Assembly (NCBI RefSeq): GCF_004010195.1
Contig: NC_057756.1
Coordinates: forward strand, 10,497,299-10,531,477
Length of the DNA stretch: 34,179 nt
Reading direction: 5' to 3'
Source: Chiloscyllium plagiosum
Lineage: Eukaryota
Below are positions 1-10,089 of this stretch, piece by piece. The number at the start of each line of letters is the position of its first letter. Position 1 is the stretch's first letter. Below the pieces are notes generated by a model. The model did no database searches. It saw nothing but the letters and a program-made list of their open reading frames with translations, and had not been told where the DNA came from. A program made the translations under genes and the position numbers.

Positions 1-842
1 TCCTGCTTTTCAGCCTTCTTCCTAGTTCTCCGGAGTCCCGCTGTAGTATGTTCCTCCTCTTCTTCCCGACATCATTTGTGCCGATATGTACCACCACCTC
101 TGGCTCTTCACCTTCGTCCTTGAGGATTTCCTGCACTCTGTCTGTGATGTCTTTAACCCTGGCACCAGGAAGGTAACACACCCATCCTTAAGTCCCACCT
201 GCTGCCACAAAAACCCCGGTCAGTTCCTCTCACTATGGAGTCCCCTATTACCACGGCTCTGCGCGATGTCCGACTCTTCCACTCTGCCTCCGTGCCAACT
301 TTTGATTGACAGACCTGGCCACCTCGCGGACTGGCAGTGTCATCTATCTCTACAGTTTCCAAAACAAACAACTTGTTCCTGACAGGCACTTCCCCCGCTA
401 TGGAGTCCCCTATTACCACGGCTCTGCGCGATGTCCGACTCTTCCACTCTGCCTCCGCGCCAACTTTTGATTGACAGTCCTGGCCACCTCGCGGACTGGC
501 AGTGTCATCTATCTCTACAGTTTCCAAAACAAACAACTTGTTCCTGACAGGCACTTCCCCCAGGGTCTCTTGCACCTGTCTCCTCTCTGCCTTCCTCATG
601 GTCTGCTGTCTTCTGCTCTCTTGTGGTACGATTGGTGTAATAACCTCGCTGAAGGTCTTGTCCAGAAAGATCTCGTTATCTCGGATGAGCATAAGGTCCT
701 CGAGTTCTTTCATCAGCGCTGCAATATGCTCGGTCAGTAGCTGAGCGTGCACACACTTTCCACACTTATACGAGTCAGACACACCAGAGTCATTGACCTC
801 CCACATCAAGCACGTAGCGCATTGAACCAGCTTGGCAGTCAT
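1..842 (-). mobile_element. CR1-clade LINE ORF1 (Zn finger, coiled coil, SGNH/GDSL esterase), frameshifted; continues beyond the window edge
   Basis: ORF 153..842 has CATC...CGKC and AVVIGDSIVRG. After a frameshift near 185 the frame reads VCYLPGARVKDITDRVQEILKDEGEEPEVVVHIGTNDVGKK (SGNH block III GxND). Confidence 0.9.
233..561. repeat. 165-bp in-frame tandem duplication inside LINE ORF1
   Basis: 233-396 is nearly identical to 398-561; the peptide GEVPVRNKLFVLETVEIDDTASPRGGQ...AVVIGDSI occurs twice. Confidence 0.95.
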
Positions 843-858
843 GTCTTCACCCTCTTCA

Positions 859-1478
859 ACTTGTTGATGGTGACCTGGTTAATAAATGCACCTCAGGACA
901 GGACAGAAAGATGTAAATTATTTAAAAACTTGTCTGAAAACCTTAAAGTTCAGGATTTGGGGACTGTTTTATGCAGTTACTGTTCATTCCGAAAAGTGTC
1001 TTTTGTAAAAATGTATGACAGGAAAATGTCCACTGTGGAAAAATTAAACTCAGGATAGTATTGTCTGCAGGTAACGTGTCATTCTGATAATCACAAGAGG
1101 AAATTCACAATGTTAGCACTTTTGGGTGGGAGCCAATGCAGTGAAAGGAGTTCCATACAAGCATTTTGAACTTGTTTTTAACATACTGTCTACCACCTCC
1201 CTACACTCATTTGAACAAACGATATATTCTTGTTGGGAAAAGAAAAGTATCTGAATTAAAATATTTACCCCTGACAGGAGCCATCCCAGGTCCTGCAGAA
1301 GAAATGGATCAATGTTAATATTTTTTCACAAAATCGATAGCATCCACATTATAATAGATTGACAGATTCAGCATTGCAAATGTTACTCTCTAACTCCATC
1401 TTTGATGGATTAGTCAAAAATTGCTCATTTCTGTCCTGTCCTGGGGTGCATTTATTAACCAGATCACCATCAACAAGT
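859..1478. mobile_element. MITE-like non-autonomous DNA element with 51-bp terminal inverted repeats
   Basis: 859-909 ACTTGTTGATGGTGACCTGGTTAATAAATGCACCTCAGGACAGGACAGAAA is the reverse complement of 1428-1478 with 2 mismatches. AT-rich non-coding interior; no clear TSD. Confidence 0.75.
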
Positions 1479-1774
1479 GACTACTAATCAAAATACAATT
1501 TCTTTTACTTGAGTGACACCATTGACACACATGGGTGAGCATGCACATAATTCAGTAAAGGTGACAGTAGCTTTTTTTTTTAAAAATAATCCTAATCTCA
1601 AATAATGCCAAAAGGAGACACATGTTGGTAAAGACTTCTATGAATAGTGCAAGACAAAGTAAACTGGGAGGAGTGAAATAGGCAGTGAAAAAGACTTGTT
1701 TATGTGCTACCCAATTACATTTCAATTACAAGTGATAACAATCTCCCTCAGAATTTTACTTTCTGAGAATATCC

Positions 1775-2905
1775 CATTTGATGATGGCAGAGCAGTAGAC
1801 ATTGATTATTTGGATTTTCGTACAGCCTTTGACAAGGTTTCGCGTGTTAGTACAATTAGATCACATGGAATTCAGGGTGAGCTTGCGCGTTGGATACACA
1901 ATTGACTTAAAGGCAGGAGACGCAGAGTAATGGTGGAGGGTTGCTTTTCAGTCTGGAGGCCTGTGACCAACGGTGTTCCACGGGGATCAGTGCCGGATCC
2001 ATTTTTGTTTGTCGTTTATATCAGTGATTTGGATGAGAATATAGGAGGCATGCACATTACACCAAAATGGGTGGCGCAGGCGACAGTGAAGGTGGTTTTC
2101 TAAGATTATAACAGGATCTTCAGCAAATGGTTCAATGGCAGAGGAGTTCAAGCTGAATAAATGCGAGGTATTGCATTTTGCTGTAACAAAAAGGGTGGGC
2201 TTTATACAATTAATGGTAGGGCCTTGGGGGGGGGGGGGTTGTAGAACAGAGGGACCTAGGGGTGCAGGTGTTTAATTCTTTAGAGCTTATGTTACATGTA
2301 GACAGAGTGGTTAAAAGGGCATTTGGCATGCTTGCCTTCATTGCTCAGATCTTTGTAAGAGTTGGGACCTTACATTGAGCTTGCACAGGACATTGGGGAG
2401 ACCTGTTCTGGAATACTGTGTCCAGTTCCTGTTATAAGAAGGATATTATTAAGCTGGAGAGGGTTCAGGAGAGATGTCCCAGGATGTTGCCAGGTATGGA
2501 ATCTTTGAGTGATAAAGATAGGCTAGGATTTGTTTCACTGGAGCGTAGGAGGCGGAGAGAAATTTATTAAAATAATGAGGGGTATAGATAGAGATGATGG
2601 CTTTTGTCTTTTCCTTGGGGTGGGAGAATTTCAAAACTAAGCAGGGGCACATTTTTAAGGTGAGAGGAGAGAGATTTCAAACAAGACATGAGGAATTATT
2701 TTTACACACCAGGGTGGTTTATGTGTGGAATGCACTTCCTGAATAAGTGGGGGATGCAGATACAATTACAATGTTTAAAAGAAAGATTTGGAGGGATATG
2801 GACCAGGAGCAGGCTGGTGGGATTACTTTAGTTTGGGGTCATGTTCAGCATGGACTGGTTGGAGTGAAGGGTCGTCTTGTGCTGTAAGACTTTATGACTC
2901 CATGA
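1775..2905 (+). mobile_element. HER1/CR1 LINE 3' fragment (RT domain to 3' tail), degenerate
   Basis: DDGRAVDIDYLDFRTAFDKV...HGIQGELARWIHN, a GVPxGSV-like motif and a (ctatgact)-like tail at ~2890-2905. Confidence 0.9.
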
Positions 2906-3379
2906 CCGAGAGACACTAACTTCACATTTCACCACTGTTGTGAGATAGAGTGCTGTCTTGAGCCTTGTAGAGAGTAGACAGCCTTTTGTAGAGATAGGCT
3001 AGTTAACCTCATGGGGCAGTATGGGTGAATACATTGACAGAAGAGAATTAATTTTCTTTGAGCAAATCTTTTAAGTTGGTCATTTGTTGTGAGGGACACT
3101 TTATCAGTGTGAGATAGCCCCCCGATTTGAATTGAAGCCAGAAATTCAGGAGAAAATGTTTACAGCAGTTTGCCAGTCAGCTGTGTCAGTATCCTGGTAA
3201 AACAAATGCTTGAAGTCAATCTATTCCCTTTCAATTGGGAAATGGAAATGGCCAGTGATTGGAGGCTGGGGTGGGAAAGAGGGGAGCGAAGGGGTGGGGT
3301 GGTGCTAGGGAAGTGGGATATGAATTAGAAGCTCAAAAGGCTACACTTTCCCCACATCATCCCACTCACCTTCACCAGG

Positions 3380-4073
3380 TCAGAGGCTGGGAATCCTGCA
3401 GCGAGTAACTCCCCTCCTGACTCCCCCCAAAGCCTGTCCCACCATTGATAATGCACAAGGCAGGAGGGTGAGGGAACACTCCCCACTTGCCCCTGGATGG
3501 GGGCAGCTCCAACAACACTCAAGAAGCTCGACACCATCCAGGGACAAAGCAGCCCCCACTGCATTGGCCCCACACCCACAAACATCCCCTCCCTCCCTCC
3601 CACACCGACACTCAGTAACAGCAGTGTGTACCATCCCCTCCCTCCTCCCACTGACGCTCAGTAACAGCAGTGTGTACCATCCCCTCCCTCCCCCCACCGA
3701 CGCTCAGTAGCAGCAGTGTGCACCATCTGCAAGATACACTGCAGAAATTCACCAAAGATTCCCAGGCAGCACCTTCCAAACCCACGGCCACTTCCATCTG
3801 GAAGGACAAAGGCAGTGAATACATGGGAACACCACCCCCTGCAAGTTCCCCTCCAAAACACTCACCATTCTGACTTTGAAATATATTGCTGTTCCTTCAC
3901 TTTCACTGGGTCAAAATCCTGGAAATTCCTCCCTAATAGCATTGTCTACCTGCAGCGTGTGGACAGCATCGGTTCAAGAAGGCAGCTCACCCCCACCTTG
4001 TCAAAGGTAACTCGAAATTAAAAGCTGGCCCAGCCAGCAGAGCCCAGATCCCATGAGAGAATTAAAAAAAAAA
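3380..4073 (+). mobile_element. LINE ORF2 C-terminal fragment and 3'UTR (CR1/Jockey group) ending in poly-A
   Basis: Frameshifted remnants reading ILQRVTPLL...AAPTTLKKLDTIQ..KAA; A-tail at ~4063-4073. Confidence 0.75.
3584..3727. repeat. About 3 tandem copies of a ~46-48-bp unit
   Basis: Unit CATCCCCTCCCTCC..CACCGACGCTCAGTAACAGCAGTGTGTAC repeated head to tail. Confidence 0.85.
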
Positions 4074-4265
4074 TCTGAACTCTCTGTTGGATCGTGGGAG
4101 CTGTACCAACTTAGAGCAGAGAGTCAAATACGTTACTCTGAATACTGCAGATGTTTTAAAATGAGTTTGCGGAAGGTTGTTATAAACAATGTTGCATGAC
4201 TTTTCAAGTTGTAATCACATTTCGATGGATTGTTTAACCAGTCTGCCTCTACACTGTCTTTATAG

Positions 4266-4357
4266 CTGGCAGGTGTACACATGACTTGGATTGTAAATGG
4301 TACTACAAGTGTGAACGTCGCAAATGTGTGCCACTATCTATTGCAAGGGCTCCTTGA
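4266..4357 (+). CDS. Candidate coding exon (exon 4266-4372, phase-1 start) for a small four-cysteine cationic peptide: xGRCTHDLDCKWYYKCERRKCVPLSIARAP*
   Basis: Acceptor ctgcctctacactgtctttatag| at 4265, donor CA|gtaagt at 4373, lying in non-repeat sequence; C-x5-C-x5-C-x4-C spacing. The phase-0 frame is also open, so the frame is uncertain. Confidence 0.45.
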
Positions 4358-4574
4358 ACAGACGTCCTTCCAGTAAGTTGCTGCTCAAGTTTTTGAAGCT
4401 TCCGTGTGTGATGTCACTGCATCTTTGAGAGAGATGTGTTCTGCGCTGATTCTCTTGCAAAGAGGCGTTGTCACAGTGGTGTTGGAATGTCTCTTTCAGG
4501 CAGGCAGAGGATAAGTTGCTTTGAATTCACCCTGGCAGTTTCTCTTTGTTGGTGAGACTGAAGAATCATGAGTA

Positions 4575-4742
4575 GTCATAGAGTCACAGAATCATAGAGA
4601 TGTAGAGCATGGAAATAGATCCTTTGGTCCAACCTGTCCATGCCGACCAGATATCCTAACCTAATCTAGTCCCGTTTGCCGGCACGTGGCCCATATCCCT
4701 CAAAACCCTATTCATATACTCATCCAGATGCCTTTGAAATGC
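4575..4742 (-). mobile_element. HER1 LINE 3' end
   Basis: (catagagt)-type tail; reverse strand reads FQRHLDEYMNR. Confidence 0.85.
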
Positions 4743-5430
4743 TGCACAGTTTGCCTTTCCACTCAGTTTAGTGCCATCAGCAAACTTGGATATGTTACAT
4801 TCTGTCTCTCCTTCTAAATCATTTAAATAAATCACGTGCAGTTGCGTATCCAACACCGACCCCTGCGGCATGCCACTCACCACAGATCTCCAACCAAAGA
4901 AACACCCATTTGTCCCAACTCTCTGCTTTCTATTGGTTAACCAATCCTCTATCCATGCTAACACATCCTCCCGCAAATCCGTGCATTCTTATCTTATGGA
5001 TGAGTCTTTTATGTGGCAACTTATCGAACACCATCTGGAAATGCAAATATACAGCAACTACCTGTTCCCCTTGATCCACCACACTTGTTACATCCTCAAA
5101 GAACTCCAGTAGATTTGTCAAACATGACCCTTCTTTCCTCAACCCATACTGCGTCTAACAGATGGAACCCTTCCCATCCAGATGTCTCTATTCCTTCCTT
5201 AATGCCTCCAGCATTTTCCCGACTACAAATGTTAGGCTAGCCGACCTAAGGTTACCTGCCTTTTGCCTACACCCTTTTTTAAACAGCGGCATGACATCCG
5301 TTGTCTCCTGGTCCCCTGAGACCTGCTCGGAGACTAGTGAATTTTGATAAATGCCCGCCAACACATCTACTGCAACTTCTGCCATTTCGTTCAGCACCTT
5401 GGGATGCATTCCATCATGACCAGGGGTCAT
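4743..5430 (-). mobile_element. CR1 LINE reverse transcriptase fragment, frameshifted
   Basis: PGHDGMHPKVL...PLFKKG; SCLTNLLEFFEDVT...FDKLPHKRLIHK; WIEDWLTNRKQRVG...GMPQGSVL...SKFADGTKL. Confidence 0.92.
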
Positions 5431-6114
5431 TAGCTGCCTTCAGACCCCTTTGAGCCTATTCTGCCATTCATTATGATCAGGGTTGATCCTCCACTCAACA
5501 GCCCCCTCTTCCCCCATATCCTTCGATCCCAATAGCCGCAAATGTGGCATCCAACCCACATAATGTTTCATTAATTCCGTGATTAATACCATTCCAAATC
5601 TCAATCTCTTGATCAAACACCCTGGCCACTGAGAAGCCCATTACTTCCATTACGTTTCCATCCCTGTTCTTTCCCTACAAATTGACTCCCTCCCAATTGG
5701 CTACAATGGATGACCTTGGTTAAATATTGACCCATTGTAAATCCTCTTCATTTGAGCCAAGTGGCGCGGACCAAGACCGTGTTTTCATCTTGGTTTTCTC
5801 ATTTCCAGGAGAACCCATCCTTTCAGGACTGGAACCTATCCTGACTTAATTGTTGCTCCTGCTTCTAATCTGCTTTGAAGAAAATAATTTGCGATTGCTT
5901 GATGGTTGCTTGGAAGGGCCATTGCTTCTCCCCTTGATCCATGATGCAACTGTCAGTCTTGTAAGACCGTAACTCACCATTGTGAAGTGTCCTGAGATTA
6001 ACTCTCCACCACCACTCGGGAGAAGATGTGACTCATGATTGGACGGAAGATCCGCAGAGTATGTCTGTCACCAGCCAAAACATGAAACGAGCCCCAAGGA
6101 ACAACGAACGTCAC

Positions 6115-6305
6115 AGACGACAGATCTGGCAGCATCTGTTGAGAGAGAAAAACGCAGATAATATTTCAGGCCTGGACGAAGACATCTTCCAGATGAAACT
6201 GCGATTGAAACATTCACTCTGTTTCCCCCTACCACAGATTCTGCAAGACCTGTTGAGTTTCTCCAACACGTTCACTATTTTGTTCGGATTTCCAGCATCC
6301 GCCTT
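6115..6305. mobile_element. Degenerate Penelope-derived palindromic element
   Basis: Inverted arms CAGATCTGGCAGCATCTGT / ACAGATTCTGCAAGACCTG, with a decayed hammerhead-like core CAGATGA...GAAAC at 6190-6211. Confidence 0.6.
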
Positions 6306-6432
6306 TAATTTGCTTTTATTCACAGATTGCAGGATTGCAAAGAAATTTCTATTCACAATCGATGTCCATTCTAATTAGATAGTTTTCAATCAGACGATTA
6401 ATTTGCTATCAACTGGGGTTACTAACTGGCAA

Positions 6433-6645
6433 TAAAAACTGAAAGAAGTGTGGATGCTGTCAATCAGAAACAGCAACAGAAGTTGTTGGAAAAGCTCAGT
6501 TGGTCTGGCAGCATCTGTGAATAGAAATCAGAGTTAACATCTCAAGTCACGTGACCCTTCCTCAGTACAGAGGAACCAAAACGTTAACTCTGATTTCTCT
6601 GCCCAGATGCTGCCAGACCTGCTGAGCTTTTCTGTTGCTGTTTGC
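6433..6645. mobile_element. Penelope-derived palindromic element
   Basis: Arms GAAAAGCTCAGTTGGTCTGGCAGCATCTG..GAAATCAGAGTTAAC and GTTAACTCTGATTTC..CAGATGCTGCCAGACCTGCTGAGCTTTTC. Confidence 0.75.
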
Positions 6646-7019
6646 ATGTAATTGGCAAAACTGGGGATAAGTATGACTTCATTAAATAAAGGGACACGTT
6701 TGAGGCACAAAAAATGGCTTACTCCTGTTCCTCGATTCCTATATCTTGCAAACACCACCTTCAGCCTTTTGAGGACTGGCCCAGGAAACTGTGCTCATTG
6801 ACCCCAGGTGTGGAATGATAGGGACAGCTTCAACTGCGATGGTGGGCATCCAGAATAGACCATCGCCCACATATGGATCTCCTGCTCTGAGCGATCCAAC
6901 CCTTGTGCCACCCCACCCAGTGTCAACTGAAGTCCTTGAAAGGCCTCTTCAGCTGAACATGGAATGATAAGAGCCCCAAACCTAAGGCATTCACAGTTGG
7001 GAAACAACGGGGTTTACCT

Positions 7020-7090
7020 GACGATTTTCCTGCTCCTTGGATGCTGCCTGACCTGCTGTGCTTTTCCAGGACCACTCTAATCTGGACTTG
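7020..7090 (+). mobile_element. Single arm of the Penelope-derived repeat
   Basis: CCTGCTCCTTGGATGCTGCCTGACCTGCTGTGCTTTTCCAG; same family as 14449-14562 and 27255-27484. Confidence 0.65.
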
Positions 7091-7326
7091 ACCTGTGGAG
7101 TTGAATTGGTGAGATTTGAATTAATAAGGTTTGGATTGCCAGAGGGTGAGATGAGCTGAGCTTTAGAAGGGTTAGTGAGATGAAGGTGAGTTGAGTTGGT
7201 ATTGGTGACTCCAGCTGTGTTCATGGTGGATAATGTCATTTGCACTTAACTGGCTAATAAAGAAAGTCTTTCATCGCAAAAGATTTCTCTTCCTTTTAGA
7301 CTCACAGTTCCAGATCAAATATGTTG

Positions 7327-7470
7327 GGGTCTGGTTAGCTCAGTTGACTGGATGGCTACTTTGTGATGCCTGGGTTCAATACTTCCATGGATTGACGTTA
7401 CTATAAAGCACTCTCCTTCTCGATCTCTCCCCCTCACCTGAGCTATGGTGACCCACCGGCCATTTCTCCC
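7327..7470 (+). mobile_element. tRNA-derived SINE, degenerate
   Basis: A-box-like TAGCTCAGTTG at 7336 and B-box-like GGGTTCAATAC at ~7372. Confidence 0.55.
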
Positions 7471-7724
7471 TGTTGAGAGTATGGATTTTTGCTCACTTTA
7501 CTATTAACCAGTCACTTGTTACTCATCATTTTATGTTTTTTTCTGATGCTTGGTTTGTTTGTAAGTGTTAAACCAAGTTGAAAATCAGATGATCCACCAG
7601 GAGAAAGAGAGGGTAAACTTTAAATATGTTCAAAAGGAGGACAGAGTTCCTCACTGCTTTCTCTAGGATAAAGGGTTAATGGCAGGACAATCTCAGAGTG
7701 CATTCAGTTTGCAACTCCCGAGGA

Positions 7725-7972
7725 TCGTAGAATTCCTACAGAGTGGAAACAAGTCATTCAGCCTATTGAGTCCACACTGGTGCTCCGAGGAACATCCCAT
7801 GACCTATCCACCTAGCCTGCACACCTTTGAAGTGTGGGAGGGAAACCAGAGCACCTGGAGGAAACCCCCGCAGACTCAGGGAGAACATGCAAACTCCACA
7901 CAGACACCCAGCCAATCCCAGCTCCCTGATCTTATGAGGCAGTTTTGCTGACCAATGAGCCACCATACCCAT
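7725..7972 (-). mobile_element. HE1 (V-SINE) copy with deletions
   Basis: GGAGAACATGCAAACTCCACACAGAC core (reverse of the V-domain) and reverse tRNA head GAGCCACCATACCC. Confidence 0.8.
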
Positions 7973-8324
7973 CAGTTTGGATGAATACAGGGGGGCAATA
8001 CCTAAAACCCCTGCTTCCTGTATCTGCTGACATCTTAGCTGATCTGACGCACAGGAAATTATTCATGTCTTTGTTGCCTCGAGACCTGAACTTTTCAAGG
8101 CCATGCTGAGCCAGTCTGCCAAGAGGACTGTTTCCCCCTCTGCCTCAGTCCTCCTCACCCCTTTATCCTACACCCATGTCACCCCTTGTTGAAGACCGTC
8201 CTCACCCCTCAATGGAGAAGCACTCGAGCTTCCTGTTTGAGAACTCATCGGAAAAAAGCCCTCACGACAGTCCCTGAATCATTAGATTCTGCCGGCAACG
8301 GTCACAATCAAGAGCAGCTCCATC

Positions 8325-8580
8325 ATTCGGCCCCGCCCACTTTCTCAAAATCTAGCCTAAGGGGCGGGGCTTCGCCCAGTGACAACTGTCAGCTGATTTC
8401 AAAGGGTGTCAGCCTTTCTCCTCCATGACTGTGACCCGTCGTCTCACTTTTTGAGGGATTGTGGGATAATGCCTGGAACCCCTCCTCCACTCATAGGGGA
8501 ATTCAACCATGATGTGCATCGCAGAGTGTCCGGCCACACCAGTACCGACTAGCATTTATGCCACTGCTGGCGCCCCCTCC
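8325..8580. promoter_or_regulatory. Promoter/enhancer-like motif cluster
   Basis: Opposed GC boxes CCCCGCCC (8331-8338) and GGGGCGGGGC (8361-8370), near-palindrome TGACAACTGTCA (8380-8391), E-box CAGCTG (8390-8395), kB-like GGGGAATTCA (8496-8505); non-repeat sequence. Confidence 0.35.
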
Positions 8581-8976
8581 CACTCTTCATTGTCTCACTT
8601 TATAAACATTCCTGTCTCCTCCTTTCTCCCTCATGTCTTTCCCTTGATAAATGTTTCAATGCTTTTGATTATATCACTGCCCATACACCAACAGCATATG
8701 GACTGCAACAGATCCTTCTCAAACGGAACTAGGGACAGGCAGCAAATGAAATGAATGAATAAAAAAATCTTCAAATATTCCCCACTTGCAGTAAAAACAA
8801 GATTTTCCCAAATTCCGTATTGGATTTATTCATGACCATCCCACATGATTGGCTCCATTACTTGGCCCCCAAAGCCTTTCACAACTCAAGGAGAACTCCG
8901 ATTCCACGCACTGCAGAAGTAGGGCCATCAAATCCACACTGACCCTCCAAACAGCATCCAACTGAAAGACCCCTGC

Positions 8977-9431
8977 CCTACCCCTGCACATCTTGAGACA
9001 CAATTTGGAGATGCCGGTGTTGGACTAGAATGTGTAAATATAAAAATCGCACAATACCAGGTTATAGTCCAACAGGTTTATCTGGACACCCAGAGGTAGC
9101 CCATGCAGTCTCAGGGAGAACATGCAAACTCCGCACAGACAGTCAGCTAAGGCTGGAATCAAAGACAGATCAAGACACAATGGACAATTTCGCATGGCCA
9201 ATCCACCCTGCCTGCTCATCTTTAGAGTTAGGGAGGAAACCTTCGTAGCCATGAGGAAGAATGTGCAAACACCGCACGGTCAGTCACCCAAGGGTGAAAT
9301 CAAACCCAGGTCCCTGGCGCTGTGAGGTAGCTGTGCTAACCACTGAGTCATGGCATCACCCTGCTATCAAGTCATAGAGTCATAGAGATGTACAGAATGG
9401 AAACAGACCCTTCGGTCCAACCCGTCCATGC
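8977..9431 (+). repeat. Direct repeat copy A (composite of minus-strand HE1 SINE pieces, a Penelope end and a HER1 tail); runs into the gap
   Basis: Matches 10089-10543 at offset 1112 with 8 substitutions counted by eye. Confidence 0.95.
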
Positions 9432-9515
9432 NNNNNNNNNNNNNNNNNNNNNNNNNNNNNNNNNNNNNNNNNNNNNNNNNNNNNNNNNNNNNNNNNNNNN
9501 NNNNNNNNNNNNNNN
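9432..9515. other. Assembly gap (84 N)
   Basis: Run of N. Confidence 1.
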
Positions 9516-10089
9516 ACCGTTCGAAGGTTAACCACTCATCATATACTGTGTTGAGCAGTGAATTTTATTAATTACACCATCATACTACCCACCACCCTTA
9601 CTTAAGTGACTAAAAATCATCAACTTTATTCCTAAGAGCCTTAAAATCAAAAAAAAAAATTAAAAATTAAGAGACAATAAAAAAATTAAAACCTAAAACA
9701 CACTTATTAAAATTACACAAAATTCACTAAAACTCTTAACCTAGAACATCATATCTAAAACACTATAATATCAATTTTAAAAGACGATTAAATTATGTCC
9801 AACGGAGAACCTAAGAGTCCATGAATATTCTTAGCAGCTCTAACGTCAGGGAGATAACGAGGTTCGTCATATCTTGGGCAAAAGATTTGAATTTCATAAT
9901 CCCAAGTTTTTTCATGAGCTCATCATTTCTTCCGAGCCATTTACCTCTACATCCTATCACGAACCCATACAAAGTTATTTCTCCCTGACCGGTAAAATCC
10001 ATTATTTCTGCTTTGAGATGTTTGTATTTGGTTACTTTCTCCTCCCATGCTGCTTCTAGGGAGTTGACTTGAAAGTCTGCCCTAATAGC
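9516..10089 (-). mobile_element. 5'-truncated R2-clade non-LTR retrotransposon: restriction-like endonuclease C-terminus (10089-9811) plus T-rich 3'UTR
   Basis: Uninterrupted 92-aa frame AIRADFQVNSLEAAWEEKVTKYKHLKAEIMDFTGQGEITLYGFVIGCRGKWLGRNDELMKKLGIMKFKSFAQDMTNLVISLTLELLRIFMDS*. EKxxKYxHL and GFxxGxRGKW match the R2 endonuclease C-terminus. Confidence 0.8.

Noticed and set aside
8558..8582. CTCF-like motif (AGGGGGCGCC on the minus strand)
   Set aside because: Lacks the 5' CCA/CCG half of the core.
9600..9800. AT-rich, strand-skewed stretch resembling mitochondrial DNA (NUMT)
   Set aside because: No tRNA or mitochondrial gene recognisable; it directly follows the stop codon of the R2-like ORF on the minus strand, so it fits a 3'UTR.
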